Assembly: GCA_963754315.1 (NCBI GenBank)
Contig: CAVWFS010000018.1
Span: 128,001 to 192,000 of the forward strand
Origin: an uncultured Candidatus Rokubacteria bacterium
GTDB taxonomy: Bacteria; Methylomirabilota; Methylomirabilia; Rokubacteriales; CSP1-6
Direction: 5' to 3'
Length of the DNA stretch: 64,000 bases
The notes under the pieces were generated by a model that saw only the letters and a list, made by a program, of their open reading frames with translations, did no database searches and was not told the DNA's origin. How positions within the stretch are numbered: the first letter of the stretch is position 1; every line of letters begins with the position of its first letter. The translations under genes and the position numbers were made by a program. Positions 48,494 through 58,359 of the stretch are shown piece after piece.

Positions 48494-49675
48494 ATGGATC
48501 TGAACTACTCTGCCGAAGAGCTTGAGTTTCGAGACGAGGTGCGAGCCTGGTTGCGCGCGAACCTGCCCGCTGACCTGCGGCAGAAGGTTGCGAGCTACGA
48601 GGAGCTCACTCGAGACGATCTGCTGCGGTGGCACCGAATCCTCGCCACGAAGGGCTGGGTGGCCCCGGATTGGCCCCTCGAATGGGGGGGCACGGGCTGG
48701 AACGTCGTCCAGCGCTACATCTTCGAGGAGGAGTGTGGGTACGCGGGCACGCCGCCGCTGGTGGCGTTCGGTCTCAGAATGTGCGCTCCGGTGCTGCTGC
48801 GCTTCGGGTCGGAGGCCCAGAAGCAGCGGTTCCTCCCCCGCATCTACAAGGGCGATGACTTCTGGTGTCAGGGGTACTCCGAGCCCGGCTCGGGCTCGGA
48901 CTTGGCATCGCTCAAGACGCGCGCGGTACGGCAGGGAGATCACTACGTGGTGACAGGCCAGAAGATCTGGACCACCATGGCCCAGCACGCCGACTGGATC
49001 TTTTGCCTCGTCCGCACCGACCCCAGCCGCGAAAAGCGCCAGGAGGGCATCTCGTTCCTTTTGATCGATATGCGGACACCCGGCATCACGGTCCGCCCCA
49101 TCACGCTCATGGACGGCGGCCACGAGGTCAACGAAGTGTTCTTCGACGAGGTGAAGGTACCCGTCGAGAACCTCGTGCACGAAGAAGGCAGGGGATGGAC
49201 GGTCGCCAAGTACCTGCTCGGGTACGAGCGCATGGGGACGGGGCGTATTGGGCAGTGCAAGCGCGAGCTGGCACGACTGAAGGAGCTGGCCACCGATCAG
49301 CTGAAGGACGGCAAGGCGCTCCTTACCGACCCACGTTTTCGAGACAAGCTCTCACGCGTCGAGGTGGAGCTGATGGCTCTGGAGATCACCAACCTGCGCT
49401 TTCTCGATCAGATGCGCCGCAGCGGGCGGCCTCCGGGTGCCGACGTGTCGATGCTCAAGATCAAGGGTACCGAGGTCCAGCAAGCCATCACGGAGCTCAT
49501 GATGCAGGCCGCGGGCCCCCTCGCGCAGGCCTTCCGGCCCGTCGACAGCATGGACTTTGATCACTTCACTGCGCGCCTCGCCCCCAGGTATTGCAATCTT
49601 CGCAAGGCCACCATCTATGCTGGATCCAACGAGATCCAGCGCAATATTATCGCGAAGATGACCCTCGGTCTCTAG
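48494..49675 (+). CDS. pimC: Acyl-CoA dehydrogenase, pimeloyl-CoA dehydrogenase large-subunit-like
   Basis: WCQGYSEPGSGSDLASL, GQKIWTT, EVNEVFFD, TIYAGSNEIQRNII. Confidence 0.8.
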   Translation: MDLNYSAEELEFRDEVRAWLRANLPADLRQKVASYEELTRDDLLRWHRILATKGWVAPDWPLEWGGTGWNVVQRYIFEEECGYAGTPPLVAFGLRMCAPVLLRFGSEAQKQRFLPRIYKGDDFWCQGYSEPGSGSDLASLKTRAVRQGDHYVVTGQKIWTTMAQHADWIFCLVRTDPSREKRQEGISFLLIDMRTPGITVRPITLMDGGHEVNEVFFDEVKVPVENLVHEEGRGWTVAKYLLGYERMGTGRIGQCKRELARLKELATDQLKDGKALLTDPRFRDKLSRVEVELMALEITNLRFLDQMRRSGRPPGADVSMLKIKGTEVQQAITELMMQAAGPLAQAFRPVDSMDFDHFTARLAPRYCNLRKATIYAGSNEIQRNIIAKMTLGL

Positions 49676-49694
49676 GATAACGCTAGAGAATCCG

Positions 49695-50849
49695 ATGAAC
49701 TTTGACCTGAGCGAGGAGCAGCAGCTTCTTGCCGATACGCTCAGACGTTACTTGAACAATGACTACACCTTCGAGAAGCGGGCGACGATCGTCGCTTCGC
49801 CCTCCGGCTGGAGCGAATCCGTGTGGGCCGCCCTGGCCGACATGGGCATCCTCGGCGTGCCGTTTGCCGAGGAGCATGGCGGCTACGGCGGAAGCAGCGT
49901 GGATATGATGGTTGTGATGGAGGCGCTGGGAGAGGCCTTGGTTGTCGAGCCCTTCATGGCCACGGTGGGGCTCGGCGGCCGGTTCGTTGCCCGTGGCGGA
50001 TCCCCGTCGCAGTGCAAGCGGATCCTCCCTGCCCTCGTGCAGGGCAAGCACCGTCTGGCCTTTGCGCACACCGAGCAGGCAGCCCGCTACGACCTGCGAC
50101 ACGTGGGCACCCGGGCCCGACGCTCGGGCCGCGGCTATGTCCTCGACGGCGAAAAGCGAGCGGTTCTCCACGGCGCCGGCGCCGAGACGCTCGTAGTCTC
50201 TGCGCGCACGGCGGGGGGCGACACCGACGCCAGCGGCATCAGCATCTTCCTGGTCGAGCGCAACACTCCAGGAGTCACCGTCAAGGAATACCGGACCATC
50301 GATGGGCTGCGAGGGGCGGATGTCTGGCTCTCCGAAGTGGCCGTGCCCGAGGAAGCCCTCCTGGGGAGCGAGGGCGCCGCGCTCGCCCTGATCGAGGAGG
50401 TCACGGACTATGGCATCGCGCTGCTCGCGGCCGAGGCCGTCGGGGCCATCCGCTACGCCAACGAAGCGACCCTCGAGTACATCAAGACGCGGCGACAGTT
50501 CGGCGTGCCCATCGGTAGCTTCCAGGTCCTGCAGCACCGCATGGTCGACATGACGATCAGCTACGAGCAAGCGCGCTCCATGGCGTGTCTCGGTTGTGTC
50601 AAGGTGGATACTGCGGAGGCTGCCGAACGCCGGTGGATCGCCTCCGCCGTCAAGATCAAGATCGCGGACGCCTGCCGACACGTGAGCCAGGAAGCCGTGC
50701 AGCTTCATGGTGGGATGGGCATGACGGAGGAGCTTAAGATCAGCCACACGTTCCGCCGGTTGACCATGATCGCGCAGACCCTGGGCGACGCCGAACACCA
50801 CCTCGAACGGTTCGCCGACGCCGAGGCCCGCGGAGCTCGCCGATCCTGA
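49695..50849 (+). CDS. pimD: Acyl-CoA dehydrogenase, pimeloyl-CoA dehydrogenase small-subunit-like
   Basis: MNFDLSEEQ, RRQFGVPIGSFQVLQHR, VQLHGGMGMTEE; follows the pimC-like gene. Confidence 0.8.
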   Translation: MNFDLSEEQQLLADTLRRYLNNDYTFEKRATIVASPSGWSESVWAALADMGILGVPFAEEHGGYGGSSVDMMVVMEALGEALVVEPFMATVGLGGRFVARGGSPSQCKRILPALVQGKHRLAFAHTEQAARYDLRHVGTRARRSGRGYVLDGEKRAVLHGAGAETLVVSARTAGGDTDASGISIFLVERNTPGVTVKEYRTIDGLRGADVWLSEVAVPEEALLGSEGAALALIEEVTDYGIALLAAEAVGAIRYANEATLEYIKTRRQFGVPIGSFQVLQHRMVDMTISYEQARSMACLGCVKVDTAEAAERRWIASAVKIKIADACRHVSQEAVQLHGGMGMTEELKISHTFRRLTMIAQTLGDAEHHLERFADAEARGARRS

Positions 50850-51634
50850 CCGCCGCGCTCGCTCGGTTCGTCCGGCTTGTCGCCTACCGCCCCCTGGTCC
50901 GGTACCTCGTGCTCAAAGAGATCAAGGTCAAGTCGCGCGGCACGTATCTCGGTATCGCGTGGACCCTCATGAATCCGCTGATCAACATCTTGACGTACTT
51001 CATCGTGTTCCGATTCATCTTCCGCGTGGAGATTCCCAATTTCCTCGCCTACTTCCTGGTGGGGTTTCTCATGTGGGTCTTCTTCTCGCGCTCGGCCAGC
51101 GCAGCTGCCACTTGCATCATCGTCAACGAGAGCATTGTCAAGCGGGCGACCTTTCCCCTGGAAACCGTCCCCCTGGCCACGGTCCTCTACGAGCTCTTTC
51201 ATCATGTGGTTGCCCTCTGCCTGGCCGTGCCCCTCATGCTGGCGTTCTGGGGGGCCCAGGTCTCCTGGAACCTCCTGTGGGTGGGCCCCGTCCTGCTCGC
51301 GTTCGTGTGCTTCACCTTCGCCGTGGCGTTGTCGCTGGCCACCTTCGGCGTCTTCTTCCGGGACACCCGCGACATCCTGGAAGTGGGGCTGCCCATCCTC
51401 TTCTGGACAGCTCCCATCTTCTATGCAGTGGAGATGCTGCCCCCTCCACTGCGGGTTCTCGCGATGGCGAATCCTGTCTCGGCCTTCATCGTGGCAGCCC
51501 GAACACCGCTCCTGGAAGCCTCGGCGCCGGCGCTGGCCGATCTGGCCGCTCTAGCGGGCTGGCTGGTGGCGATGGTGGCCTGCGGAGCCTTCCTGTTTTC
51601 GAAGTACAGTCCCCGCTTCGCCGAGGAGCTCTGA
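50846..51634 (+). CDS. wzm: Polysaccharide-export ABC permease (Wzm/RfbA-like)
   Basis: KVKSRGTYLGIAWTLMNP, FFRD, FWTAPIFY, ANP; the frame is open back to CTG 50846, which overlaps the pimD TGA (next candidate start is GTG 50909). Confidence 0.75.
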   Translation: MTAALARFVRLVAYRPLVRYLVLKEIKVKSRGTYLGIAWTLMNPLINILTYFIVFRFIFRVEIPNFLAYFLVGFLMWVFFSRSASAAATCIIVNESIVKRATFPLETVPLATVLYELFHHVVALCLAVPLMLAFWGAQVSWNLLWVGPVLLAFVCFTFAVALSLATFGVFFRDTRDILEVGLPILFWTAPIFYAVEMLPPPLRVLAMANPVSAFIVAARTPLLEASAPALADLAALAGWLVAMVACGAFLFSKYSPRFAEEL

Positions 51635-52381
51635 TTGCCTCCCGCCGTCGAGTGCCGCGGGGTCAGCAAGATGTTCCAGTTGAGGACGCGCTGGCCCCTC
51701 TTTAAAGACCGCATCCTGGCCACGGTGCGCCCGCACCTGCGCGAATCGCGCCAGCAGTTCTGGGCCCTGCGCGACGTCGATCTGGTGGTTGAACCGGGAG
51801 AAGCCCTTGGCCTCATTGGGCCCAACGGTGCCGGCAAGACGACCCTGTGCCGGATCATTGCCGGTATCTTCCCACCCACGGCGGGCACCGTGCACGTGCG
51901 GGGCCGCATGGCGTCGCTGCTGGCGCTCGGCACGGGATTTCACGAGGAGCTGACCGGGCGCGAGAACATCTACCTGGCGGCGGCGCTGCTGGGGTTCAGC
52001 ACGCGGCAGATCCGGAGCGTGGAAGAAGCCATCATCGAGTTTTCCGAGCTCGGCCAGTTCATCGACACCCCGACCAAGACCTACTCGGCCGGCATGCAGA
52101 TGCGCCTCGGATTCTCTATCGTCGCTCAGCTCACCCCGGACGTCTTCCTGCTCGACGAGATTCTCGCCGTGGGCGACGAGCACTTTCAACGCAAGTGCTA
52201 CGCCTACCTCGAACGCCAGCGCGCCGCCGGGCGGACCTTCGTCGTTTGCACCCACAATCTGGGCTTCGTCGAGGAGATGTGCGATCGCGCGGCGCTCCTC
52301 GTCGCCGGCCGACTGACGGCCGTCGGTGCTCCCCGGGATATCACCAAGCGCTACCACGACCTGATCGCGGGCGGGTCGTGA
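51635..52381 (+). CDS. wzt: Polysaccharide-export ABC ATP-binding protein (Wzt/TagH-like), without a C-terminal carbohydrate-binding domain
   Basis: FWALRDV, GPNGAGKTT, ELTGRENI, YSAGMQMRLGFS, DEILAVGD. Confidence 0.85.
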   Translation: MPPAVECRGVSKMFQLRTRWPLFKDRILATVRPHLRESRQQFWALRDVDLVVEPGEALGLIGPNGAGKTTLCRIIAGIFPPTAGTVHVRGRMASLLALGTGFHEELTGRENIYLAAALLGFSTRQIRSVEEAIIEFSELGQFIDTPTKTYSAGMQMRLGFSIVAQLTPDVFLLDEILAVGDEHFQRKCYAYLERQRAAGRTFVVCTHNLGFVEEMCDRAALLVAGRLTAVGAPRDITKRYHDLIAGGS

Positions 52382-52412
52382 GTCTTTCTCAAGAGAAGCT
52401 CGTCTCGCTCGG

Positions 52413-52931
52413 CTAAGGCCAGGATCCTTGTCTCCCTGACCGCCTCACCATCGCCGCCAGGGCAAGGAGGGCTCCGAACGCTCCCAGGGCGGCGGCCAGA
52501 GGGGCGGCCACGAGTGGCAGGACCGTTCCGACGAGGCCGGTCATCGCCAGAACGAACACGGTGGCGGCCAGAGTGGCGCCTCCCACGGTCAGCCAGCGCC
52601 GGAGATGGGCGAGGCGGACAGCGCGATCGACGGCGGATGATCCCACGCGCCGGGCAAAATCCACTGTCTGGAGCAGCAGGAGCAGGGCGAGACCGAAGCC
52701 CGCAGCCCTGACGAAGTCGACGGGCGCGGCCGACACCGACAGCGCCGACGCATATTCCACGAGAAAGGCACAGGCGGCGGTTGTGACCGCCCATCGCCAG
52801 CGGACCGCGATTCCCACGAGAGCCAGGACAACCGCCACGAGCCCAATCACCGCTACGAACGAGAGCGGGGCGGAGAGGAGGGGCAGGACGAACAGCACGC
52901 TCGCGACGACTACGGCCAACCCACGCATCAT
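52413..52931 (-). CDS. Hypothetical membrane protein of the MoxR cluster
   Basis: Multiple hydrophobic helices; ATGA overlap with the DUF58 stop. Confidence 0.65.
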   Translation of the reverse strand: MMRGLAVVVASVLFVLPLLSAPLSFVAVIGLVAVVLALVGIAVRWRWAVTTAACAFLVEYASALSVSAAPVDFVRAAGFGLALLLLLQTVDFARRVGSSAVDRAVRLAHLRRWLTVGGATLAATVFVLAMTGLVGTVLPLVAAPLAAALGAFGALLALAAMVRRSGRQGSWP

Positions 52932-54205
52932 CCGACGGCCACCACACGCGGCCGTCGGCGTCCGGCAGCGGCCAGGGCCAGCTCCAAGGGGTGTGGTGGG
53001 TGCCACTCGAGGACCGGAAGTCCGCGACGACGCAGATCATCGAGCTGAGCCCTGCGCTCCAAGGCCCATAGCCGGCAGGCCAGGTCCGTGCGCGCCGAAG
53101 GCGGGAGCGAGGCGCGCGTCACCTCGACCGGCGACACAACGAGAGTGACCAGATCGAAGCCGCGGCCGGCGAGGTCGACGATCGCTCGCGTGAAACGACG
53201 GTCGAGCAAGGAGGTGAGAGCGATCACGAGCGCGTTCGGAGGGAGGACCCGCGGTGGCACCAAGGCAAGATCCTTAGCCACGTAGGTGAAGACAACGGAG
53301 GCCCCGAGCAAGGCGTCGGCGAGGCGTTCATACTGGACCTGTCCGGAACCTGGTCTAACCCAGTGAATGAGCCCGCCATAGTTGATAAGGCCGACCCGAT
53401 CCTTGCGGGCGAGATAGGCGGCGGCCAGCGAGGCCGCAGCCCGCACGGCAAGATCGAGGGACGTGGCAGGAGGCCGGCCAACCTCGGCCAGGGTATCGAG
53501 CATGAGCACGACGTCGGCGTTACGCTCCCGGTGGTGCTGGGTCACGTACAGCCTGCCCAGACGGAGCGACGCGCGCCAGTTGACCTGCTTGATGCGGTCA
53601 CCAGGGGCGAATTCGCGAATATCACCGGGCTCGATGCCCTCACCCAGCTCACGGGACACGTGGTCGCCGATCGAGGTCTGCGTCCGGCGGGGGCGAGGGA
53701 GGGTCCGCAAGGGCAGTATCCTCGGGTAGACCCGCACGCGGTGCGGCTCGCTGTGCGACCGCTCCCAGGCTCGAAGGCCAAGACCGTCCCAGGTGCGGAC
53801 GAAACAGGTGCCGAGCTCGAACCGGCCCCGCGCTGTGCAACGAACCTCATGGCTCCACTGCGCCGTTTCACCAGCCCGGAGGGCGAATACGGACCGGTTC
53901 CGTGCGGGCACCAAGGAAGATTCTGGGGCAAGCGGCTCGACCAGCTCCATCAAGGGGATCGAGGAGCGGGCGGTCACGGCCACCGTCACGGTCACACTGT
54001 TGCCCTCGAAGACACGGTCCCCCGAGATCGTGTGGGTCAGGGCATAGCTGGGAGCCGAGGGGCGCAGGCCGAGGGCGGCCAAGGTGATGAGCAGGGGCAG
54101 GGCGACCACGAACAGCTCCGGTCGCGCGGCGAAGACGGCAAGCGAGAGCGCCCAGGCGGCGACGGTGAGGATGGACAAGCTGAGCGGCGCCACGCGCTCG
54201 ATCAT
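52928..54205 (-). CDS. DUF58 domain protein
   Basis: RVYP, GEGIE..IREFAPGDRIKQVNWRASLR, ERNADVVLMLD. Confidence 0.85.
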   Translation of the reverse strand: MIERVAPLSLSILTVAAWALSLAVFAARPELFVVALPLLITLAALGLRPSAPSYALTHTISGDRVFEGNSVTVTVAVTARSSIPLMELVEPLAPESSLVPARNRSVFALRAGETAQWSHEVRCTARGRFELGTCFVRTWDGLGLRAWERSHSEPHRVRVYPRILPLRTLPRPRRTQTSIGDHVSRELGEGIEPGDIREFAPGDRIKQVNWRASLRLGRLYVTQHHRERNADVVLMLDTLAEVGRPPATSLDLAVRAAASLAAAYLARKDRVGLINYGGLIHWVRPGSGQVQYERLADALLGASVVFTYVAKDLALVPPRVLPPNALVIALTSLLDRRFTRAIVDLAGRGFDLVTLVVSPVEVTRASLPPSARTDLACRLWALERRAQLDDLRRRGLPVLEWHPPHPLELALAAAGRRRPRVVAVG

Positions 54206-55158
54206 CGTGCGTCTACGCTGGGTGTCGCCACCTGGCCGAGCAGGTCAGTCACCACCTGGGTTGCCGAAACTCGTGAGGCCCACAGCTCGGGCTTCAGAAT
54301 GAGCCGGTGAGCGAGCGCGGGTACGCTCATGGCCTTGACGTCGTCCGGGAGCACGAAGTCCCGGCGGCGCAGGGCGGCTAGTGCTCGCGACAGCTTGAGC
54401 AGGGCGAGGGTCCCACGGGGTGAGGCCCCGAGAGCCACCCTGAGATCGGCTCGCGTGGCCTGGACCAAATCCACGATGTAGCGTTCGATCACCGCGGCCA
54501 CGTGGATGTCCTCCAGGCTGGCTTGCATGGCCAGGAGCTCCGGGCGCGAGGTGACGGCGGGGACGGCGACCGCGTCCTCGCGACGCTGGCGCCGACGGGC
54601 CAGGATCTCGACTTCATCGGACGCGTCGGGATAGCCCACGGCGAGCCGCATCATAAAGCGATCCAGCTGCGCTTCCGGCAACGGATAGGTGCCTTCCAGC
54701 TCGATAGGGTTCTGGGTGGCGATCACCAGAAACGGAGCCTCGAGGGCGAAGCGCTCGCCTTCGATCGTGACTTGCGACTCTTGCATGGCTTCCAGGAGCG
54801 CGCTCTGTGTCTTGGGAGTAGCCCGGTTGATCTCGTCGGCGAGAAGCAGGTTCGTGAAGATCGGGCCCCGGCGAAACTCGAACCGGCTCTCGCGCTGGTC
54901 GAAGAGGAAGCTGCCCGTGATGTCGCTCGGCAGCAGGTCGGGCGTGAACTGGATGCGCTTGAAGCCGAGATCGAGGGTCTGGGCGACGAGCCGGGCGATG
55001 AGCGTCTTGGCCAGCCCCGGATAGTCCTCGATGAGGATGTGCCCGTTGGCGAGCACACCGGCCAGCATCCGCTCGAGGACATCCGTCTTGCCGACGACGA
55101 CCTGAGATAGGGTCGCGAGGATCTCCTGACAGCGGTCGGCGACGACGTCGATCTTCAC
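54202..55158 (-). CDS. MoxR-family AAA+ ATPase
   Basis: EDYPGLAKT, RIQFTPDLLPSDITG, LADEINRATPKTQSALLEAM, ATQNPIE.EGTYPLPEAQLDRF. Confidence 0.92.
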   Translation of the reverse strand: MKIDVVADRCQEILATLSQVVVGKTDVLERMLAGVLANGHILIEDYPGLAKTLIARLVAQTLDLGFKRIQFTPDLLPSDITGSFLFDQRESRFEFRRGPIFTNLLLADEINRATPKTQSALLEAMQESQVTIEGERFALEAPFLVIATQNPIELEGTYPLPEAQLDRFMMRLAVGYPDASDEVEILARRRQRREDAVAVPAVTSRPELLAMQASLEDIHVAAVIERYIVDLVQATRADLRVALGASPRGTLALLKLSRALAALRRRDFVLPDDVKAMSVPALAHRLILKPELWASRVSATQVVTDLLGQVATPSVDAR

Positions 55159-55616
55159 GGACGCCTCTCGATCTCAGCGATCAGACGCTCGATCATGGCT
55201 CGCGAAGGGCCGAGACGTGAGAGCCAAGGTCGCCGGGGCGGCAAAGGTAGCGGTCGTCCAGCCAGTGCCAGCAGCCGAGGCCACAGCACTGCGTCGAAGT
55301 AGCGTCGGCTCCGGACACTGTAGGTCAGCTCGTCACGACGCCTCATGAAGACCTCATCCAGGATGGCGGGGGGAGGCGCGACCAGCAGTGCGTCGTACGG
55401 CGACGTGGGATGGACAGTCACCGCGCGGCGCACGCTGCGCACGAGCCGGAAGCTCCCCATGGTCACCGCCAGGGCGCAGGCCAGGCGGACGAACAACGAA
55501 CGCCATCCGGCATCCACGGCGAGATAGATCGGGATAGCCGCCAGAGCGAGCAGGCCGAGAGGGATACCGTAGCCTGCCAGGCGCAGCGACCGCGGATGCT
55601 CAGCCGGCGACGACAT
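55155..55616 (-). CDS. Hypothetical membrane protein of the MoxR cluster
   Basis: Two TM helices; overlaps both neighbours. Confidence 0.6.
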   Translation of the reverse strand: MSSPAEHPRSLRLAGYGIPLGLLALAAIPIYLAVDAGWRSLFVRLACALAVTMGSFRLVRSVRRAVTVHPTSPYDALLVAPPPAILDEVFMRRRDELTYSVRSRRYFDAVLWPRLLALAGRPLPLPPRRPWLSRLGPSRAMIERLIAEIERRP

Positions 55617-56526
55617 CGGCCGGCCGTGTCTCGAGCGCGGTCCTAATCGAGAGTAATGCCTCGATGGCCACATCGCGCTCTCGTGGCCCCAAAGCATGAT
55701 GGCTGAAACGAGCAAGCTCGAAGAGGCCGGTCAGTGTGCGGACTGCCGCGGGCGGCGCCGGCAGCCCCCTCAGCGCCTCCCCCATGAATTCCATCGGCGT
55801 CCACCAGGGTCTTCGGGCGAGACGGGAGTCGGCGGCCACGTGTTCGAACTTCCGGTAGCAGCCGATGATCGCGCGGCGCGCATCGGGATCGGCGCGCAGG
55901 TCATCGAGGCTCTCCTCGACGATCTCGGCCAGGGGGGCCACGCGCTCGTCGTCGGGGGCGTGATCACCGCTCCACCATGCCGGCCGGCCGCCGAAAACAA
56001 CCACGAGGACGACGACAAGAGCGCCCAATGCGATGCCGAGCGCCACCAGCCCGAACGTCCAGTTGAGGAACGGGGGAGCACTCAGCGGGGCCGGCTTGGA
56101 CAGAGCGGAGCCGATAGCGTCCACCGAACCATGACCGAGCGTCAGGATGTTTTCAATTGGAATGAGGCCGTGCCACAGCAGATAGACGCCAGTCGCGAGG
56201 TACAGAAGCGGAAGAATCCGCATGATGGCCCGGACCCAGGGGGGAAGGGGGGGGCCAGCCGCCAGGCGCTGAAACAGCTCGTCCTCCTCCTTCGGCCGAC
56301 GCAGGGCGCGGCGGATGGCGTGGGCGAAGAGCACGAGGGCCGTGAGGCTGAACACTGTCATGATGGCGATCGACAAGGGCTCGGGCAGGCGAATGACCCT
56401 CGTCGCGGCATCCAGGGCATCGGACGTGGGGCCGCCCAGCCGGACGAGCGCCGCCAGGCCTATCACAAAGCTCACCGCGGCCAGACTCATCCAGCCGACA
56501 GCCGACGATTCCGAACGTTCGGTCAC
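55600..56526 (-). CDS. DUF4129 domain membrane protein
   Basis: TM helices then DARRAIIGCY..E...TP.E...LTGLFELARFSHH. Confidence 0.8.
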   Translation of the reverse strand: MTERSESSAVGWMSLAAVSFVIGLAALVRLGGPTSDALDAATRVIRLPEPLSIAIMTVFSLTALVLFAHAIRRALRRPKEEDELFQRLAAGPPLPPWVRAIMRILPLLYLATGVYLLWHGLIPIENILTLGHGSVDAIGSALSKPAPLSAPPFLNWTFGLVALGIALGALVVVLVVVFGGRPAWWSGDHAPDDERVAPLAEIVEESLDDLRADPDARRAIIGCYRKFEHVAADSRLARRPWWTPMEFMGEALRGLPAPPAAVRTLTGLFELARFSHHALGPRERDVAIEALLSIRTALETRPADVVAG

Positions 56527-56529
56527 CGG

Positions 56530-57072
56530 TTACTCCCGCGACGGTCGCTCCGGAACGGGGGGACGCTCCGGCTGGACAAGGCCGCAGGCCCGGCACGTGC
56601 GGAGCTCCAGCGCTCCGTCAAACGCTTCGATGGCTGCCTTCAGCTCCCGCTCGATGTCGGCCACATGCATGGTGACCTTGTGAAGTTGCGCGTCACAGCG
56701 GTCACAGAACCAGAGCAGCGACTCGACCTGCTCGGGCTTTCGTTTGACCTCGACCACCAGACCCCAGGTGTCGGGTGGGCGGTGAGGAGAGTGTGGGGTG
56801 AAGGCGGGGACGAGCAGGAGGCCGCCTTCACGCACGACTTGTTTACGCCGCCGACCCTCCTCAATGAATTCGACCACCATGTCCCCCTTGAGCATGTAGA
56901 AGATCTCGTCGGACGGATCCACGTGGAAATCCCGCCGGGCGTTGGGGCCGCGAACGATCATCGCGGTGAACTGGGAGTCTTCCCAGATGACCTTGTTCCC
57001 TACCGGCGGTTCGAAGGCGAGCCGGTTCCTCTCGACCCATTCCCACAGATCGAAAGCGATCAATGACCGCAT
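56530..57072 (-). CDS. nbaC: 3-hydroxyanthranilate 3,4-dioxygenase
   Basis: PPVGNK, GPNARRDFH, EIFY, PHSPHRP, rubredoxin-like CDRC/CRAC. Confidence 0.9.
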   Translation of the reverse strand: MRSLIAFDLWEWVERNRLAFEPPVGNKVIWEDSQFTAMIVRGPNARRDFHVDPSDEIFYMLKGDMVVEFIEEGRRRKQVVREGGLLLVPAFTPHSPHRPPDTWGLVVEVKRKPEQVESLLWFCDRCDAQLHKVTMHVADIERELKAAIEAFDGALELRTCRACGLVQPERPPVPERPSRE

Positions 57073-57156
57073 GACGCTGGTCTCCTTCTCGAGCCTTCTA
57101 CCCTAGTGGGGTCCCCTTCGACTGAGCAAGTACAATAGCGCAGGGAGACTTGTCCG

Positions 57157-58359
57157 ATGGCGACCACCGACGTTCTCTTCAACCCGTTCCTTCCCGAGTT
57201 TCACGCCGATCCGTACCCGGCCTATCGTCACTTGCGGGAGCTCGATCCGGTGCACCAGACGCCGCTTGGGCTGTGGATCCTCACCCGCTACGACGACGTA
57301 CTCATGTCCTTGCGGGACGCCCGCTTCGGGCGGGAGGGGTTCGCGCCCTTGCTGGAGGCGGCCTACGGTTCCCCCGGGGAGGCCGGCACCCTGCCCCGGT
57401 CCATGCTCTTTCAGGATCCACCCGATCATACCCGGCTACGCAGTCTGGTGAGCAAGGCGTTCACCCCGCGCGTGATTGAGGGTATGCGCGCCCATATCCA
57501 GGAGATTGTCGATCGGCTCCTCGACCGCGTGAAGGGCAAGGGGGGCATGGATGTCATCGAAGACCTTGCCTATCCGCTCCCGGTGACGGTTATCTGCGAA
57601 ATGCTGGGTGTACCCGTCAAAGATCACCCTGCCATTCGTCAGTGGTCGGCCGACGTGGCGCGAAGCCTCGACGCCCTCGGGCTGGGCGCCTCCGACGAGG
57701 TCGTCGAGCGTGGCCGGGCCGGGCGCCGGGCTCTGGGAGATTACTTCCGTCGACTCGTACCCGAGCGACGGCGCCACTTGGAGAACGACCTTCTCAGCGG
57801 GTTGATCGCTGCCGAGGAGCAAGGTGACAAGCTCAGCGAGGGCGAGCTGATTTCCACCTGTATCCTTCTGTTCATTGCGGGTCACGAGACGACGGTGAAT
57901 CTGATCGGGAACGGCATGCTGGCGCTCCTTCGCCATCCTGACCAGCTCCGACTCCTCCGGGAAGAGCCGGCTCTCATCACGAGCGCGATCGAAGAGCTAC
58001 TGCGCTACGACAGCCCCGTCCAGCGGACCGCCCGCGTCTGTAGTGAACGGGTCGAGGTGGGTGGCCGGACGATCGACAAGGGAGCCATGGTGGTCGCGGC
58101 CATCGGCGCCGCCAACCGAGACCCGGCCCATTTCTCCGATCCCGATCGCCTCGACATTATGCGGCGGGACAATCGGCACGTCTCCTTTGGCTTTGGCATC
58201 CATTTCTGTCTTGGAGCGCCTCTCGCCCGCGTCGAGGGGCAAGTCGCCATCGGCACTCTCCTGCGGCGACATCCGCGGCTCGCGCTCGCCACTGCCACCC
58301 CCGAGTGGCGAGAGTCGTCGACGCTCAGGGGCCTGAAGACCTTACCGCTCTCGTTCTGA
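57157..58359 (+). CDS. Cytochrome P450
   Basis: DPPDHTRLR, AGHETT, EELLR, FGFGIHFCLG heme motif. Confidence 0.95.
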   Translation: MATTDVLFNPFLPEFHADPYPAYRHLRELDPVHQTPLGLWILTRYDDVLMSLRDARFGREGFAPLLEAAYGSPGEAGTLPRSMLFQDPPDHTRLRSLVSKAFTPRVIEGMRAHIQEIVDRLLDRVKGKGGMDVIEDLAYPLPVTVICEMLGVPVKDHPAIRQWSADVARSLDALGLGASDEVVERGRAGRRALGDYFRRLVPERRRHLENDLLSGLIAAEEQGDKLSEGELISTCILLFIAGHETTVNLIGNGMLALLRHPDQLRLLREEPALITSAIEELLRYDSPVQRTARVCSERVEVGGRTIDKGAMVVAAIGAANRDPAHFSDPDRLDIMRRDNRHVSFGFGIHFCLGAPLARVEGQVAIGTLLRRHPRLALATATPEWRESSTLRGLKTLPLSF

